This document shows, piece by piece, positions 22,031-35,292 of a stretch of DNA of 64,000 nucleotides (positions within the stretch are counted from its first letter, which is position 1; each line of letters begins with the position of its first letter). The stretch lies in assembly GCA_051362555.1 (NCBI GenBank), contig CM120641.1, positions 8,060,001 through 8,124,000 on the forward strand, given 5' to 3'. The stretch comes from Lingula anatina. Lineage: Eukaryota; Animalia; Brachiopoda. Both the position numbers and the translations under genes were made by a program. The notes under the pieces were generated by a model. It searched no databases. It had not been told where the DNA came from and saw nothing but the letters and a program-made list of their open reading frames with translations.

Positions 22031-25000
22031 CTAGAGGATCAGAGAGGCGATACCGCCTCCGAATATTGTACCACCAGCTGGAGCAAGCGCATTCGTATAG
22101 ACCCCCACATACACAAAATAAGGGACACAGCCCCCAGTCTTGTGCTTGACAAGCTGTAAACATGCAATCAACAAGAATTTTCAATATATGCAAAAAATAT
22201 ATGAAACTAAAAATGGTACAATCAAATTTAAGTTCATTGTAAGGTAGGTGAAAGCTCATTTTCAAGGTCACAGTAAATTGCCAGTATATGACTTCCTGTT
22301 CAAGTTCAATAGTAACTATGGACCTATCTCTGCCAGGTTTGGAGTTAAAAGAGAAAGAAATTAGCAGAGTTCAGTTCATGATAATAAGTAGATCAAAGGT
22401 CAATTTCAAGGTCACACTTAGATTGCCAGTATATGACTTCCTATTCAATTTCAATAGAAACTATGGACCTATCTCGCTAGTTTTGGAGATAAAAGGGAAG
22501 CAAAATTTGCAAAGTTCAGTTCATGGTGAAAAGTAGGTCAAAGGTCAATTTCAAGGTCACACTTAGATTGCCAGTATATGACTTCCTATTCAAGTTCAAT
22601 AATAACTATGGACCCATCTCTGCCAGTTTTAGAGATAAAAGGGAAGCAAAATTTGCAAAATTCAGTTCATGGTGAAAAGTAGGTCAAAGGTCAATTTCAA
22701 GGTCCCAGTAAGATTGCCAGTATTTGACTTCCTATTCAAGTTCAATAGTAACTATGGACCTATCTCTGCCAGTTTTGGAGATAAAAGGGAAGCAAAATTT
22801 GCAAAGTTCAGTTCACGGTGAAAAATAGGTCAAATGTCAATTTCAAGGTCACAGTAAGATTGCCAGTATATGACTTTCTATTCAAGTTCAATAGTAACTA
22901 TGGACCTATCTCTGCCAGTTTTGCAGATAAAAGGGACTAAATGTTATAATTTTGGAGTTACCATAATGTGCCATAAATTTCCTACAGAAAAAAATTAATT
23001 AAAATAAAGAAAAGGTCATTTTGGTCAAAATTTTTGGAATGGGAGATGCTCTGAAGTTCCAGGTGTTCAAATTTCATGAAATAATGTCATTTTTGACCAC
23101 AAGTTGTCTGCTTTGCCAAGCCTAATGTATTATTTTTCCGGAGTTCAAAATTTATTATCCATTACCGTACTGCACATTTTGCTTTCACCAGCAATATGTA
23201 TTTTTTTATACAGCATAACTTTAGAGATAAAAGGGAAGCAAAATTTGCAAAGTTCAGTTCATAGTGAAAAGTAAGTCAAAGGTCAATTTTAAGGTCACAT
23301 TTAGATTGCCAGTATATGACTTCCTATTCAAGTTCAATAGTAACTATGGACCTATCTCTGCCAGTTTTGGAGATAAAAGGGAAGCAAAATTTGCAAAGTT
23401 CAGTTCATGGTGAAAAGTAGGTCAAAGGTCAATTTTAAGGTCACATTTAGATTGCCAGTATATGACTTCCCATTCAAGTTCAATAGTAACTATGGACCTA
23501 TCTCTGCCAGTTTTGGAGATAAAAGGGAAGCAAAATTTGCAAAGTTCAGCTGATGGTGAAAAGTAGGTCAAAGGTCAATTTTACAGTCACATTTAGATTG
23601 CCAGTATATGACTTCCTATTCAAGTTCAATAGTAACCATGGACCTATCTCTGCCAGTTTTGGGGATAAAAGGGAAGCAAAATTTGCAAAGTTCAGTTCAT
23701 GGTGAAAAGTAGGTCAAAGGTCAATTTTAAGGTCACATTTAGATTGCCAGTATATGACTTCCTATTCAAGTTCAACAGTAACCATGGACCAATCTGTGCC
23801 AGTTTTGGAGATAAACGGGAAGCAAAATTTGCAAAGTTCAGTTCATGGTGAAAAGTAGGTCAAAGGTCAATTTTAAGGTCACATTTAGATTGCCAGTATA
23901 TGACTTCCCATTCAAGTTCAATAGAAACTATGGACCTATCTCTGCCAGTTTTGGAGATAAAAGGGAAGCAAAATTTGCAAAGTTCAGTTCATGGTGAAAA
24001 GTAGGTCAAAGGTCAATTTTAAGGTCACATTTAGATTGCCAGTATATGACTTCCCATTCAACTTCAATAGTAACTATGGACCTATCTCTGCCAGTTTTGG
24101 AGATAAAAGGGAAGCAAAATTTGCAAAGTTCAGTTCATGGTGAAAAGTAGGTCAAAGGTCAATTTTAAGGTCACATTTAGATTGCCAGTATATGACTTCC
24201 CATTCAACTTCAATAGTAACTTTGGACCTATCTCTGCCAGTTTTGGAGATAAAAGGGAAGCAAAATTTGCAAAGTTCAGTTCATGGTGAAAAGTAGGTCA
24301 AAGGTCAATTTCAAGGTCACATTTGGATTGCCAGTATATGACTTCCTATTCAAGTTCAACAGTAACCATGGACCAATCTCTGCCAGTTTTGGAGATATAA
24401 GGGAAGCAAAATTTGCAAAGTTCAGTTCATGGTGAAAAGTAGGTCAAAGGTCAATTTCAAGGTCACAGTAAGATTGCCACTATATGACTTCCTATTCAAC
24501 TTCAATAGTAACTATGGACCTATCTCTGCCAGTTTTGGAGATATAAGGGACTAATTGTTATAATTTTGGAGTTACCATAATGTGCCATAAATTTCCTACA
24601 GAAAAAAATTAATTAAAATAAAGAAAACATCACTTTGGTCAAAATTCTTAAAATAAGAGGTGCTCTGAAGTTCCAGAAGTTCAAATTTGATGAAATAATG
24701 TCATTTTTGACCACAAGTTGTCTGCTTTGCCAAGCCTTATGTATTATTTTTCCAGAGTTCAAAATTTATTATCCATTACCGTACTGCACATTTTGCTTTC
24801 ACCACCAATATGTACTTTTTGATACAGTGTAACTTGAAAACCGTATGGAATACAAAAAAACGGAGACCACCTCCAGTGTTGGGCTTTACATGCTCTACAA
24901 AATGCAAAAAAGAATGGGTCTCTAGCATTAACGGTTCCCAAATTAGAGACAGTTTTCAGTTTAGGTACTTTATGGCCGCTACTCCCGTGAAAATGCACTG

Positions 25001-25559
25001 ATTGACCCCAAATTCACGGAGATGAAAGATGACCCGAAGGGTAACACTTTCCAATAATATCATTGGTAAAGTCTATGTGGTGTCTGAATAACAGGGCAAA
25101 AAAAATTTTTTTCGTAAAAAATTTCATTTTTTTGAAAATTTTGGCCCGTTTGACCTTGAAATAAAGGTCAAAGGTCAAATCCAAGGGCATATTTGAAATC
25201 TACACATATGACTTTTGGAAAGCTGTCTGTAGAAATTTTTCCCATAACTCCTTCCGTAGGGTAGATAATTAGCATTTAATTTTGCCATTTTTAGACAAGG
25301 GTGCATTGCAATGAGTGCCACACCTAGACCCCAATACCGACAAAGCCCAAATTTTACGTGGAACGAGTTGAGATTATAGGTGACCTAAATCCAAGAGATG
25401 GGTACAGGGGCCCTTATCGTCTAGGAGGAGAAGCGGTAACGGTGACTTGGCGGCGGAGCCGCAGGAGCCGGCGGAGCCGCAGGAGCCGCAGGAGCCGGCG
25501 GAACATACGGGTCGGGACTAAAACCATGGGTACCGCCAGCGCCTACGCTGGTGGTACAA
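22031..25559 (-). mobile_element. Complete HINE/Helitron-like family A copy inserted in the Gypsy 3' LTR
   Basis: The minus strand ends in hairpin GAGGCG-GTAT-CGCCTC + CTAG; subTIR ATTGTACCACCAGC near both ends; (GCCGCAGGA)n microsatellite; no TSD relative to the intact 5' LTR. Confidence 0.9.
23220..24550. repeat. Satellite-like array of nine 146-bp monomers (about five more at 22250-22935)
   Basis: AAGGTCAC anchor recurs at 146-bp steps: 23291, 23437, (23583 variant), 23729, 23875, 24021, 24167, 24313, 24459. Confidence 0.93.
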
Positions 25560-27471
25560 TAAACACGTGTCCTGACAACAAGGCAGTTGTTATATTAATA
25601 TTGTTATATTATATTGTTACATTTGTGATTTAAGTCTCACCTCTGTAATTGGCTTGCTACATTGCATTATCTTGTTATCAGATGCATTTGGATAGCACCT
25701 ACCTAGCTTTATTAGTCAACATGCTTTTAAACCAGTTATATATCAGTTCAACATATATCAATACAATCTTGGAAATGATAACAAGTATAGACAAAGGCCA
25801 GAGCCCATTTTAATTAGGTAACAAGAAAAAGAGACTGAAAACCCGAAACAAATTTCCACTTGTTGACGCAAGTCTATGTGCTAACAACTACAACTACAAC
25901 CACGAGGGACTGCGAGAAATTGCGTTATCCATGCAACAGAACAAAAGAATTTCAATGAGGCACAGCGCGCACTACCTTGATAATAAGTTGTTCAGGCTCC
26001 AGTGGAGCTATCAAAACAGCCTGACCGAATGTTTACCCGAACGCACATAGCTTCAAAGGAAGATGCCGGGTTTCACGTCCTTCTCTCATTATGTCCATGG
26101 GTCTGAGTAGTTTCTGAAAATCGGCACATATATATATATATATAGTCCCGAGTTGATAAAAAGAACCCGTATGTAAGCAGTCGGGGGCCCCGACGGAAGC
26201 TGGACAAATTGATAGTGCTTGGAAACGCTAAGTTTGTGCTTGGTAACTTTACGTTGTGCTTGTTAATCTGAAGTGGGGCTCGTTAATATTGGCGTTTGCG
26301 CTAGGGAATCTGAGGCTCGTGCTCGGAAACGGCAATAATCGTTCATGAGACCTGGCTTATTGTGGCAGGGCAAAAAAATTTTTTTTTTGTCAATTTTGAT
26401 GTAATATTACACAATGCTTCAGCAAAGGCTAGAACAGCAAACTAACTAGTCCACCGTCCAAATATGGCAACCAAAGCACAGGCTTCAAACAACTATGCAT
26501 CCGCGAAAAGTGCGCTGTTTGAAATAAACAAGTTGGTGAAATTGACAAAGCCTGCCGGTGTTTACCGTCTGTTTGTTTTTATTTCATTTGCTCTCTGGTA
26601 TCTTTCTGAAAATTTATATTAGAAATGTTCTATTGATTTTATGTTGTAAAAAGTAAATCCGTCGGAATTCCTTAGAATAACATTTATTTTACCTTCATTT
26701 TCAGGGGATTCCCTTGTATTTATAGTGTTATATGTGGCCCCAATGGGGATTTTTCACCCCTCCCCCACTCTTGATTAATTAAATTCTTCATGGGCCAGAT
26801 TGAAAATGATATTCCAAAATACATTCAAAATCTTAGGAAGGTTAATTGCGGATAATGCTGTGAGGACATTCTTGTGCAAGGGCGAACTTGGCCAATATAT
26901 TTTTTTTACTTCGTCTCCCGGTTTTGGAGCGCCTGTTCTAATTTTTGAAAGCGAGGCAATGGAATCAAACAATACGATGCAATATGTAATCTCGTAAAAA
27001 TTGCTATTTTTAAATAAAGACCATAGCATGGAGTACATTGAAATGCGACTCGTTTATTATTGTGATCTTCAATAATAATTAATATAAAAGATACGATATA
27101 AAAGGTTCTTATCGACGGCCAATTTATTAGCTTTATAGATTTTTAAAAGTTTTTGGAGATTAAAAACACAAAAGCTGTCATGTTTCAAATCGAGGCCCCA
27201 CATATTGTTCTTGTGCTGGCAACCAACTTAAAAGCTTGCCATCTAATCCGCTAATAGATACTGAATAGATTCCCTGTGGGGAACTATACAAAAGGGTTGG
27301 CCATATTTGACATAGACTAGTTAGTCTGCAATGTTTCTAATCAAGTGTTCTCTTACTGTAATGGGATATCCAAAGCAGCCACCTTATTGACATCAATTCT
27401 TCTTGGTTCTGGGTGAAACTAGAAGGAAAAGATTGTTCACACCAATGTTTTCTGTTAATTTTAAATAATAA

Positions 27472-29346
27472 CTAGAGGATCAGAGAGGCGATACCGCCTC
27501 CGAATATTGTACCACCAGCTGGGGTAAGCGCGATCGTATAGACCCCCACACACACAAAAAAGGGACATCACCACCAGTCTTGTGCTTGACAAGCTGTAAA
27601 AAATGCAATCAACAAGAATTCTCAAAATATGCAAAAAAATATATAACTAAAAATGGTACAATCAAAGTTCAGTTCATAGTAAGGTAGGTCAAAGGTCAAT
27701 TTCAAGGTCACAGTAAATCTCCAGTATATGACTTCCTATTCAAGTTCAATAGCAACTATGGACCTATCTCTGCCAGTTTTGGAGATAAAAGGGAACCAAA
27801 ATTTGTAAACTTAAATTCATGATGAAAAGTAGGCCAAAGGTCAATTTCAAGGTCACACTTAGATTGCCTCTAATGACTTCTATTCAATTTCAATAGTTAC
27901 TATAGGCGTATTTTTGCCAGTTTTGGAGATAAAAGGGAACCAAAATTTGCAATGTTAAGTTCATGGTTAAAAGTAGGTCAAAGGTCAATTTTAAGGTTAC
28001 AGTAAATGGACTCTAATGACTTCCTATTCAACTTCAATAGTAACTATGGATCTATCTCTGCCAGTTTTGGAGATAAAAGGGAACAAAATTTGCAAAGTTC
28101 AATTCATGATGAAAAATAGGTCAAAAGTCAATTTCAAGGTCACATTTAGATTGCCAGTATATGACTTCTTATTCAAGTTCAATAATAACTATGGACCTAT
28201 CTCTGCTAGTTTTGGAGATAAAAGGGAACAAAATTTGCAAAGTTTAATTCATGATGTAAAGTAGGTCAAAGGTCAATTTCAAGGTCACATTTAGATTGCC
28301 AGTATATGATTTCCTATTCAACTTCAATAGTAACTATGGACCTATCTCTGCCAGTTTTGGAGATGTAAGGGACTAAATGTTATAATTTTGGAGTTACAAT
28401 AATGTGCCATAAATTTCGTACAGAAAAAATTAATTAAAATAAAGAAAAGGTCATTTTGGTCAAAATTCTTGAAATGGGAGGTGCTCTGAAGTTCCAGATA
28501 TGCAAATTTGCTGAAATAATGTCATTTTAGACCACAAGTTGTCTGCCTCGCCAAGCCTTATGTTTTATTTTTCCGGAGTTCAAAATTTATTATCCATTAC
28601 CGTACTGCACATTTTGCTTTCACCACCAATATGTACTTTTTGATACCATGTAACTCGAAAACCGTATGGAATACAAAAAAACCGAGACCACCCCCAGTGT
28701 TGGGCTTTACATGCTCTACAAAATGCAAAAAAAGAATGGGTCTCTAGCATTAACGGTTCCCGAATTAGAGACAGTTTTCAGTTTCGGTATCTTATGGCTG
28801 CTACTCCCATGAAAATGCACCGATTGACCCCAAATTCTCGGAGATGAAAGATGAAGGGTGACACTTTCCAATAATATTATTGGTTAAGTCTGTGTGGTGT
28901 CTGAATAACAGGGCAAATAATTTTTTCGTAAAAAAATTCGTTTTTTTGAAAATTTTGGCCCGTTTGACCTTGAAATAAAGGTCAAAGGTCAAATCCAAGG
29001 GCATATTTGAAATCTACACATATGACTTTTGGAAAGCCGTCTGTAGAAATTTTTCCCATAATTCCTTCCGTAGGGTAGATAATTAGCATTTAATTTTGCC
29101 ATTTTTAGACAAGGGTGCATTGCAATGAGTGCCACACCTAGACCCCAATACCGACAAAGCCCAAATTTTACGTGGAACGAGTTGAGATTATAGGTGACCT
29201 AAATCCAAGAGATGGGTACGGAGGCCCTTACTGTCTAGGAGGAGAAGCGGTAACGGTAACATGGCGGCGGAGCCGCAGGAGCCGGCGGAACGAACCGGAC
29301 GGGACTAAAACCATGTGTACCGCCAGCGCTAACCCTGGTGGTACAA
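27472..29346 (-). mobile_element. Complete HINE/Helitron-like family A copy (about five monomers)
   Basis: Both termini match the 22031-25559 copy; A|T flanks. Confidence 0.88.
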
Positions 29347-29594
29347 TAATTATTATCTCTAAAATTAGTATCTCTAGAAATGACATGTGTACACTCTTTG
29401 TCTGTATATAAAAAGTACTGAAAGCTCATAATCATAGTCATACGTTAAAGACATCAAGCAGCATGTTCTTACCTTACACACATAGGCAACTGACATGTCC
29501 TGTTTTTTGTCACCTACTTTCAGCCTTTCAGGGTCTACAAAAATCCAAAGATATTGATTTACATTTAATGCAGGTAAACCCAGAAACTTTTGTT

Positions 29595-29644
<50 letters not shown>

Positions 29645-30891
29645 CGGGCTCCCATGGGACCCTAAAGTAAATTTTGGCAACCTTGGGGAAAATATCCAAG
29701 ATGGCCTCAATTCCAATAGATATATACACACTTCCACATGTAACCTCCTTGATCTTGGCTGATACCAATATTTCAGGCAAACTAGCACTAAAAATGTGTT
29801 AATGGAAATCCCTTTACTGCTTGGAATCATATTGGAACATTTCGGCAATTGAAATGGCTGCCAACTATCACTGAAAGAACATTTTTTCTAAAAGGGCTAA
29901 AAACAATGGAATTATTTCACTCTTCAGACATTATTTAGAGCTAACCACTAATTTCAAATGCCGATATACATCCCATCAGTGAAGTTGCATGCAACATTGT
30001 AGGGTACTGAAACATCTAAAAGATGGCTACAAAATCAAAACACCAATAAACATATCACTTTTCATTGTTTTTTTTTGTTGTTGTTGTTTTTTTTTGTTTT
30101 TTTTTCTTAAAATATTTTTATACATATTGCATGAAAACTAGATATATATAACTGTCATTTCCAAACAAATCTGTGCCCCATTTAATTGGTGCAAGCCAGT
30201 CCCATATGATTAAGACTAAATCAACATCAACTTCAATCTATGTTTTAGCCAATCTTAAAATAAGTAAAACAAACAATTCTACCTGGCTCCCCAGTTTGCT
30301 CTGTGTCCTGTGCAGCTGCTAGTTGACTGTATATAGGTATCTGATGCACAGTGATTACATCCTCCTTGAATGGTTCATCTTCAATATTCATAACATCTAT
30401 AGGAAAAGTATTGCAAAACATATACATGGATTCTGAAAGATTGATTATGGTTGTAAACTGCAAAGCTTAAACCATTTTTGCACTTCAAATTGTACTAAAG
30501 ATACGACTAAATATTCCAATAGGGGGAGACATGCCACTCATGATATAATAACAAGGTAGCAAAGCTGTCAAATGTACAAACATAAAGCAGAAATAATGAT
30601 GCCTAAATAGGTTATTTTATCAATTCTGATGCAATAAAACAATGTCTAACAGCATAATCACTGCAAATTTTTAACCATGCACTAAAGGAAACATGAAAAT
30701 AAAGAACATGTTCAGGGCATTTTGCAACTACTTTTTTGCTAAGTAACCAAATCTTGACCAACAGATTTCTTACAAGTCAACTGATTTCCTGGTATGTAGT
30801 TGCTCCAATGCACACTGTCAAAAAATTGTACACTTTGTCATTAACACCATCTTCAAACAAACAGCTGAGTGATGAGTAATCTAGAGGAACA

Positions 30892-32232
30892 CTAGAGGAT
30901 CAGAGAGGCGATACCACCTCCGGAAATTGTACCACCAGCTGAAATAAGCACATTCATACAGAAAGCCAAAAAGAGGGACACCATTACCAGTATTGTGCTT
31001 GATAGGCTCTATAAAATGCAATAAACAAGAGTTTTCAAAATATGCAAAAAGAAGTGAAAAAAAAAACAGCATAACTGCAAAATTTGCCCAATCAAGCTGA
31101 TTTTCAAATAGACCTGTATTTTCATGACATTAATCACTCCTGTCATTTTCAAGACAACAGGCCAATTGTTTTTCCTTGAAATGTGTTATCAGTGTTCGAG
31201 TCAAAGGTCAATTTCAAGGTAACAGTAAGATTGCCAATATGTGACTTCCTATTCAAGTCCAATAGTAACTAGGAGCATACCTCTACCAGTTTTGGCGATG
31301 TAGGGGCCAAAAAATTTGTTAAGTTCAGTTCATGGTTAAAAGTAGGTCAAAGATCAAAATCAAAGTCACAGTTAGATTTCCAGTATGACTTCCTATTCAA
31401 GTTCAATAGTAACTATCGGCGTATCTCCACAGTTTTAGAGCTATAAAGGCCAGAAAACTTGCAAAGTACAGTTTGTCATGAAAAGTAGACCAAAGGTCAA
31501 TTTCAAGGTCACAGTAAGGTTGCCAGTAAATGATTTCCTATTTAATTTCAATAGTAACTATGGGTGTATATCTCTGCCAGTTTTTCGAAATATAAAAGAT
31601 AGAAAACTTGCAAAGTGCAGTTCATGCTAAAAAGTAGGTCAAAGGCCAGTTTTAAGGCCACAGATTGCCAGTAAATGACTTACAATTCAAGTTCAAAGTT
31701 GAAAGTTCAAAATTGAAAGTTATGGGCCAAACTTCACCAAAATTGTACAAAAAAAAAAGAAAAAACAGAATAAACCTTAAATGTAAATCACCGTGCTGAT
31801 TTTCGAAAGCAACCTGCTTCTTTATCAAACAAAGCCACAGACTGATTCTTCTGTGAAAATGCACTGGTTGAACTCAAACTTCCAAAGATCAAAGGACTCC
31901 CTATTAGTACCCCCTCACTATAATATGAGAGCTTAGGTTTGTGAAGTTTCTGAAAATAGGCATAATGAAATATTTTTTGGCAGAAAATTCCCATTTTTAG
32001 ACAATTTTGGTTCATTTGACCTTGAAATAAAGATCCAAGGTCAAATTCAAGAGCATAGCGGAATCTCCACATATGACTTTGAAGTTTCAGTCTATAGTAA
32101 CTTTTCCCATAATTCCTTCAGTTTGGGAGATACTTAGCATTTAATTTTCAAAAATTTTGACAAGGGTGCATTTCACCAAGTGTCATGCCTAGGTCAATGC
32201 ACCAAATGATATAAAAAGTTGAGATTATATAT
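30892..32232 (-). mobile_element. Diverged, truncated family A copy
   Basis: CTAG/hairpin end at 30892, degenerate monomers, other terminus missing. Confidence 0.7.
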
Positions 32233-32649
32233 AACAGCTGTTGGGACTTTTTAAATTAAAATGGAGAGAACAGACTAATATGTTCGGTTCCTTGTCTTAA
32301 TATACAAGCTCCCCATGGTCCGTCACCACCGGTAGAGCACTTTTCCATACTGTATCAACTTTATTCTCCATGATATATATATATATATATAATGGAAAAA
32401 ATGTTTGGAAGAAATGGGGACCGATGTTTTGAACAGCAATGGTGACAGCAACAATACGGACAGACACAATGATCAAAATACATAAAGTCACATGCAGTGT
32501 CTGTATATAAAAGAATAATTAAACCTTGTTACTCACTTAATTTGAGATCCTGCTTCATAATGGGATTAAATTCTTCTCCAACTCTCAGAATCTGCTCCTT
32601 AAATGTGTATTTTGATCACAAACATTAAACATATTTTGCATCTAACATG

Positions 32650-32750
<101 letters not shown>

Positions 32751-35292
32751 GATAACAAGTCGAGAGCATCCTACTAACTTGTAAACCATGCTAACAGAAG
32801 ATCAGTGGAACTGTCTGCAATATTAATAGTGGATTACTGCATTATCATTACATAAGCCTTTTGTAATCATGTTTAATATTTTCCTCTCATGTGATATCAC
32901 TCTAATGGATGAATTAGAATATTCACTCTCTTCTCCATCAGTATACTTACAACACCTGGAGGTCCATGCAGATTTAATTCAGGTATGTTTTTATCATTCT
33001 GCTCCACGTACAATGCTAAGATAGAACAAAATTAATTCTGTTGTGTTAAATCAAATTCATAAGATAATAATTTGAGGACATGCAACTGAAATGGCAAAGG
33101 TCATATCACAGATTTTGCAAGTTTCCTATCCAAGCCCCTGTACACAGCTTATAACAGCTCCGTCCAGGAAATGAGCAAAGGTTATCCCTCTCCCGACAGT
33201 TCGCCAGCAATACATACATGATTAAGCCTAATCTTAGACCAATATCCCTAACAACAGTTATGTGTCAAATTTTGAAGTTAATTGTGGTAAAACAGATTAT
33301 GGGTAGCCTGCAAGCTGAAAGGTCTTGAACTATCTCCAAAAAGTAAAGTGTTTAGATTTGGCTCAACTCTTGCCTAATGACATAAACAAAGAATCATATC
33401 TGACATACCTATCAAACCTCCAATGTTGTTCCAATGACTGTGAGTTATAAACACATTGCCAATCTTCCTCATTTTGATACTGTTGAAGAAAATAATAAAA
33501 TACAGAATATTAAAAATCATTGTACATTGTTTCTCCTGGAATTATTGAAACAAAGCAACAAAGCTATCATTTGTACAGACATGAAAGTAAAAAATGGTGC
33601 ATACAACAGGATATCTTGTCAATTTGATGCAATATACATAATCATAATCAAAATCAACACCAAAAATTAAACATGCAAAAACAGGTAACATGGCTTTTAA
33701 AAATAAGTAATGTACCTATCATAAGGCTTTAGGCCCATGAGAGTTCAAATTAAAACATTGAAAACGCCAGAATGAGAAAAATAAAAATTTCACAAAAAAT
33801 TTGCATAAATTTAAGAAAAAATAATACTGTCAAGCTGGTTTGCTAATTTGAGTTTTATGTTGATCCTAAGAATAATTTTAAGTTAAAAAATGATTTGTAG
33901 AACAGTTTTCTTTTCAGAGCATTTGTGGTGGCAGTACAAAAAAATTTGATGCAAAATCGCATAATGCTTAACTGCATAATCACCACCAATTTTTAATTAT
34001 CTGCTCTATACACTATATATGGATGTTCAGAAAATGTATCTATTTTACAGCTTCATGCCCCTGGGAGTTCTCAGTCCCATGCTGAAAATGCCAGCATGTA
34101 AAAAATAAACATTTCACAGAATGATTTTCAACTGATTGTGTTATCTCTGAAGTCGCACAGTGACCACAACAATGACAGATGCAGGTGATGGCTATGTACA
34201 GACTCATCTGTGTCAGTACATAAAAAATTTACAAAATAGACAGCTTATTTGGAGCTATCCACACACTCACAAGAACACATTGTCTGACCTAAATAAAAAC
34301 AAAATCATATACTAGTAAATTATATAAATAATTATGAAACAATCATTGAATATGAGATTAGAAGCCTTAATGAAAGTGCTACCATAGCTTTGAATGCTTT
34401 AATCACAAGTAAAGGTCTTGATAGGTGACTTAATAGCAGGTTCTTGTCTTAGCATATACAGAAAAGGTTTTTGTTATGTTAAGCAGTACAAACATTCAAA
34501 CTCCAGAGTGCAGTATTAAAATGTGAGTGTTGTCCTTGGCAAAGTTTCAGCAATGCTTACCCTTTTATGAGGCCAGTACGTTGAAATTCTTCACAACAGT
34601 TGAAGAGAAAGCTAAAAGAAATTAGATCAGATATAAATTCACTTATGACAACAGGTTCTTTATTTAAATGGGGAGGCACAACAAATGAATATAGCTGGAT
34701 GGCAAAAAGTGTGCACGCCCAGGTGTCAAGAAATACCATGCAACCTTCTGGGAAATGGTGATTTGAAAGTTGTCATTATTTCATGGCATGGCCAATAATA
34801 AAATATTCAATTTTCACAGGCAGGATTCTAAAAGTTATGCCTCTATGCCATACCAACTAGGAATCCCATGCACTGCCAGGAATTGATAAATTTTAAATCA
34901 TGAGGAATCATGGAATTATGCACGTTTCTATTAGAATTCTTGTCCCTGCTAAGGCTTCACTTCTAAAACGAATGTTCAACATAGAGCAGCTATAGTACTG
35001 GACCTAAAACTGGAGTATGAGCATCAACTGTTATTAAAAACAAGAATGGTTTGAAACTTTCAAGCCGATTTCAAGATCTCTCAAAAATTGCAAGAACTGA
35101 CTGAGAATAACTTAAAAATCAGTATTAAAGAGCTTAAAGAACTTATCAAAATAAAACTAAAAATCCTGGGATTTATCAATTCTTGGCGGTTCATGGGATT
35201 CATAGTCGGCATGTGGGTGGAATAGGGACATTACATATGAAGTCAAATCTTTGTCACTAAACCAGCCCTTTACAACGAGGTCCTCAAATTTT

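Larger units (their letters stand above)
17406..25594 (+). mobile_element. Full-length Ty3/gypsy LTR retrotransposon (Mag-like), 3' LTR split by a family A insertion
   Basis: Identical 119-bp LTRs (17406-17524; 21947-22030 + 25560-25594); tRNA-Leu-like PBS TGGTGTCTAGAAGCGGGAT at 17525; PPT AAAAAGGGAGA at 21936-21946; TSD TTGAT/TTAAT (one mismatch). Confidence 0.95.
16036..26099. mobile_element. Non-autonomous P-superfamily-like DNA transposon hosting the Gypsy element
   Basis: ~30-bp TIRs CA(A/T)GGACA(TA)ATGAGAGAAGGACGTGAAAC; 7-bp TSD GGTCTGA (16029-16035, 26100-26106); the flanks rejoin as family A sequence. Confidence 0.75.

Noticed and set aside
22250-24550. Regular repeats as a possible CRISPR array
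   Set aside because: Contiguous 146-bp monomers without unique spacers, eukaryotic context, no cas genes
26145-27340. Possible additional DNA transposon(s)
   Set aside because: Only partial similarity to the 40139 MITE arms; no matched TIR/TSD pair could be fixed by eye
34861-35201. Degenerate inverted repeat pair (GAATCCCATG..AATTGATAAAT)
   Set aside because: Probably an old MITE; boundaries and TSD not resolvable
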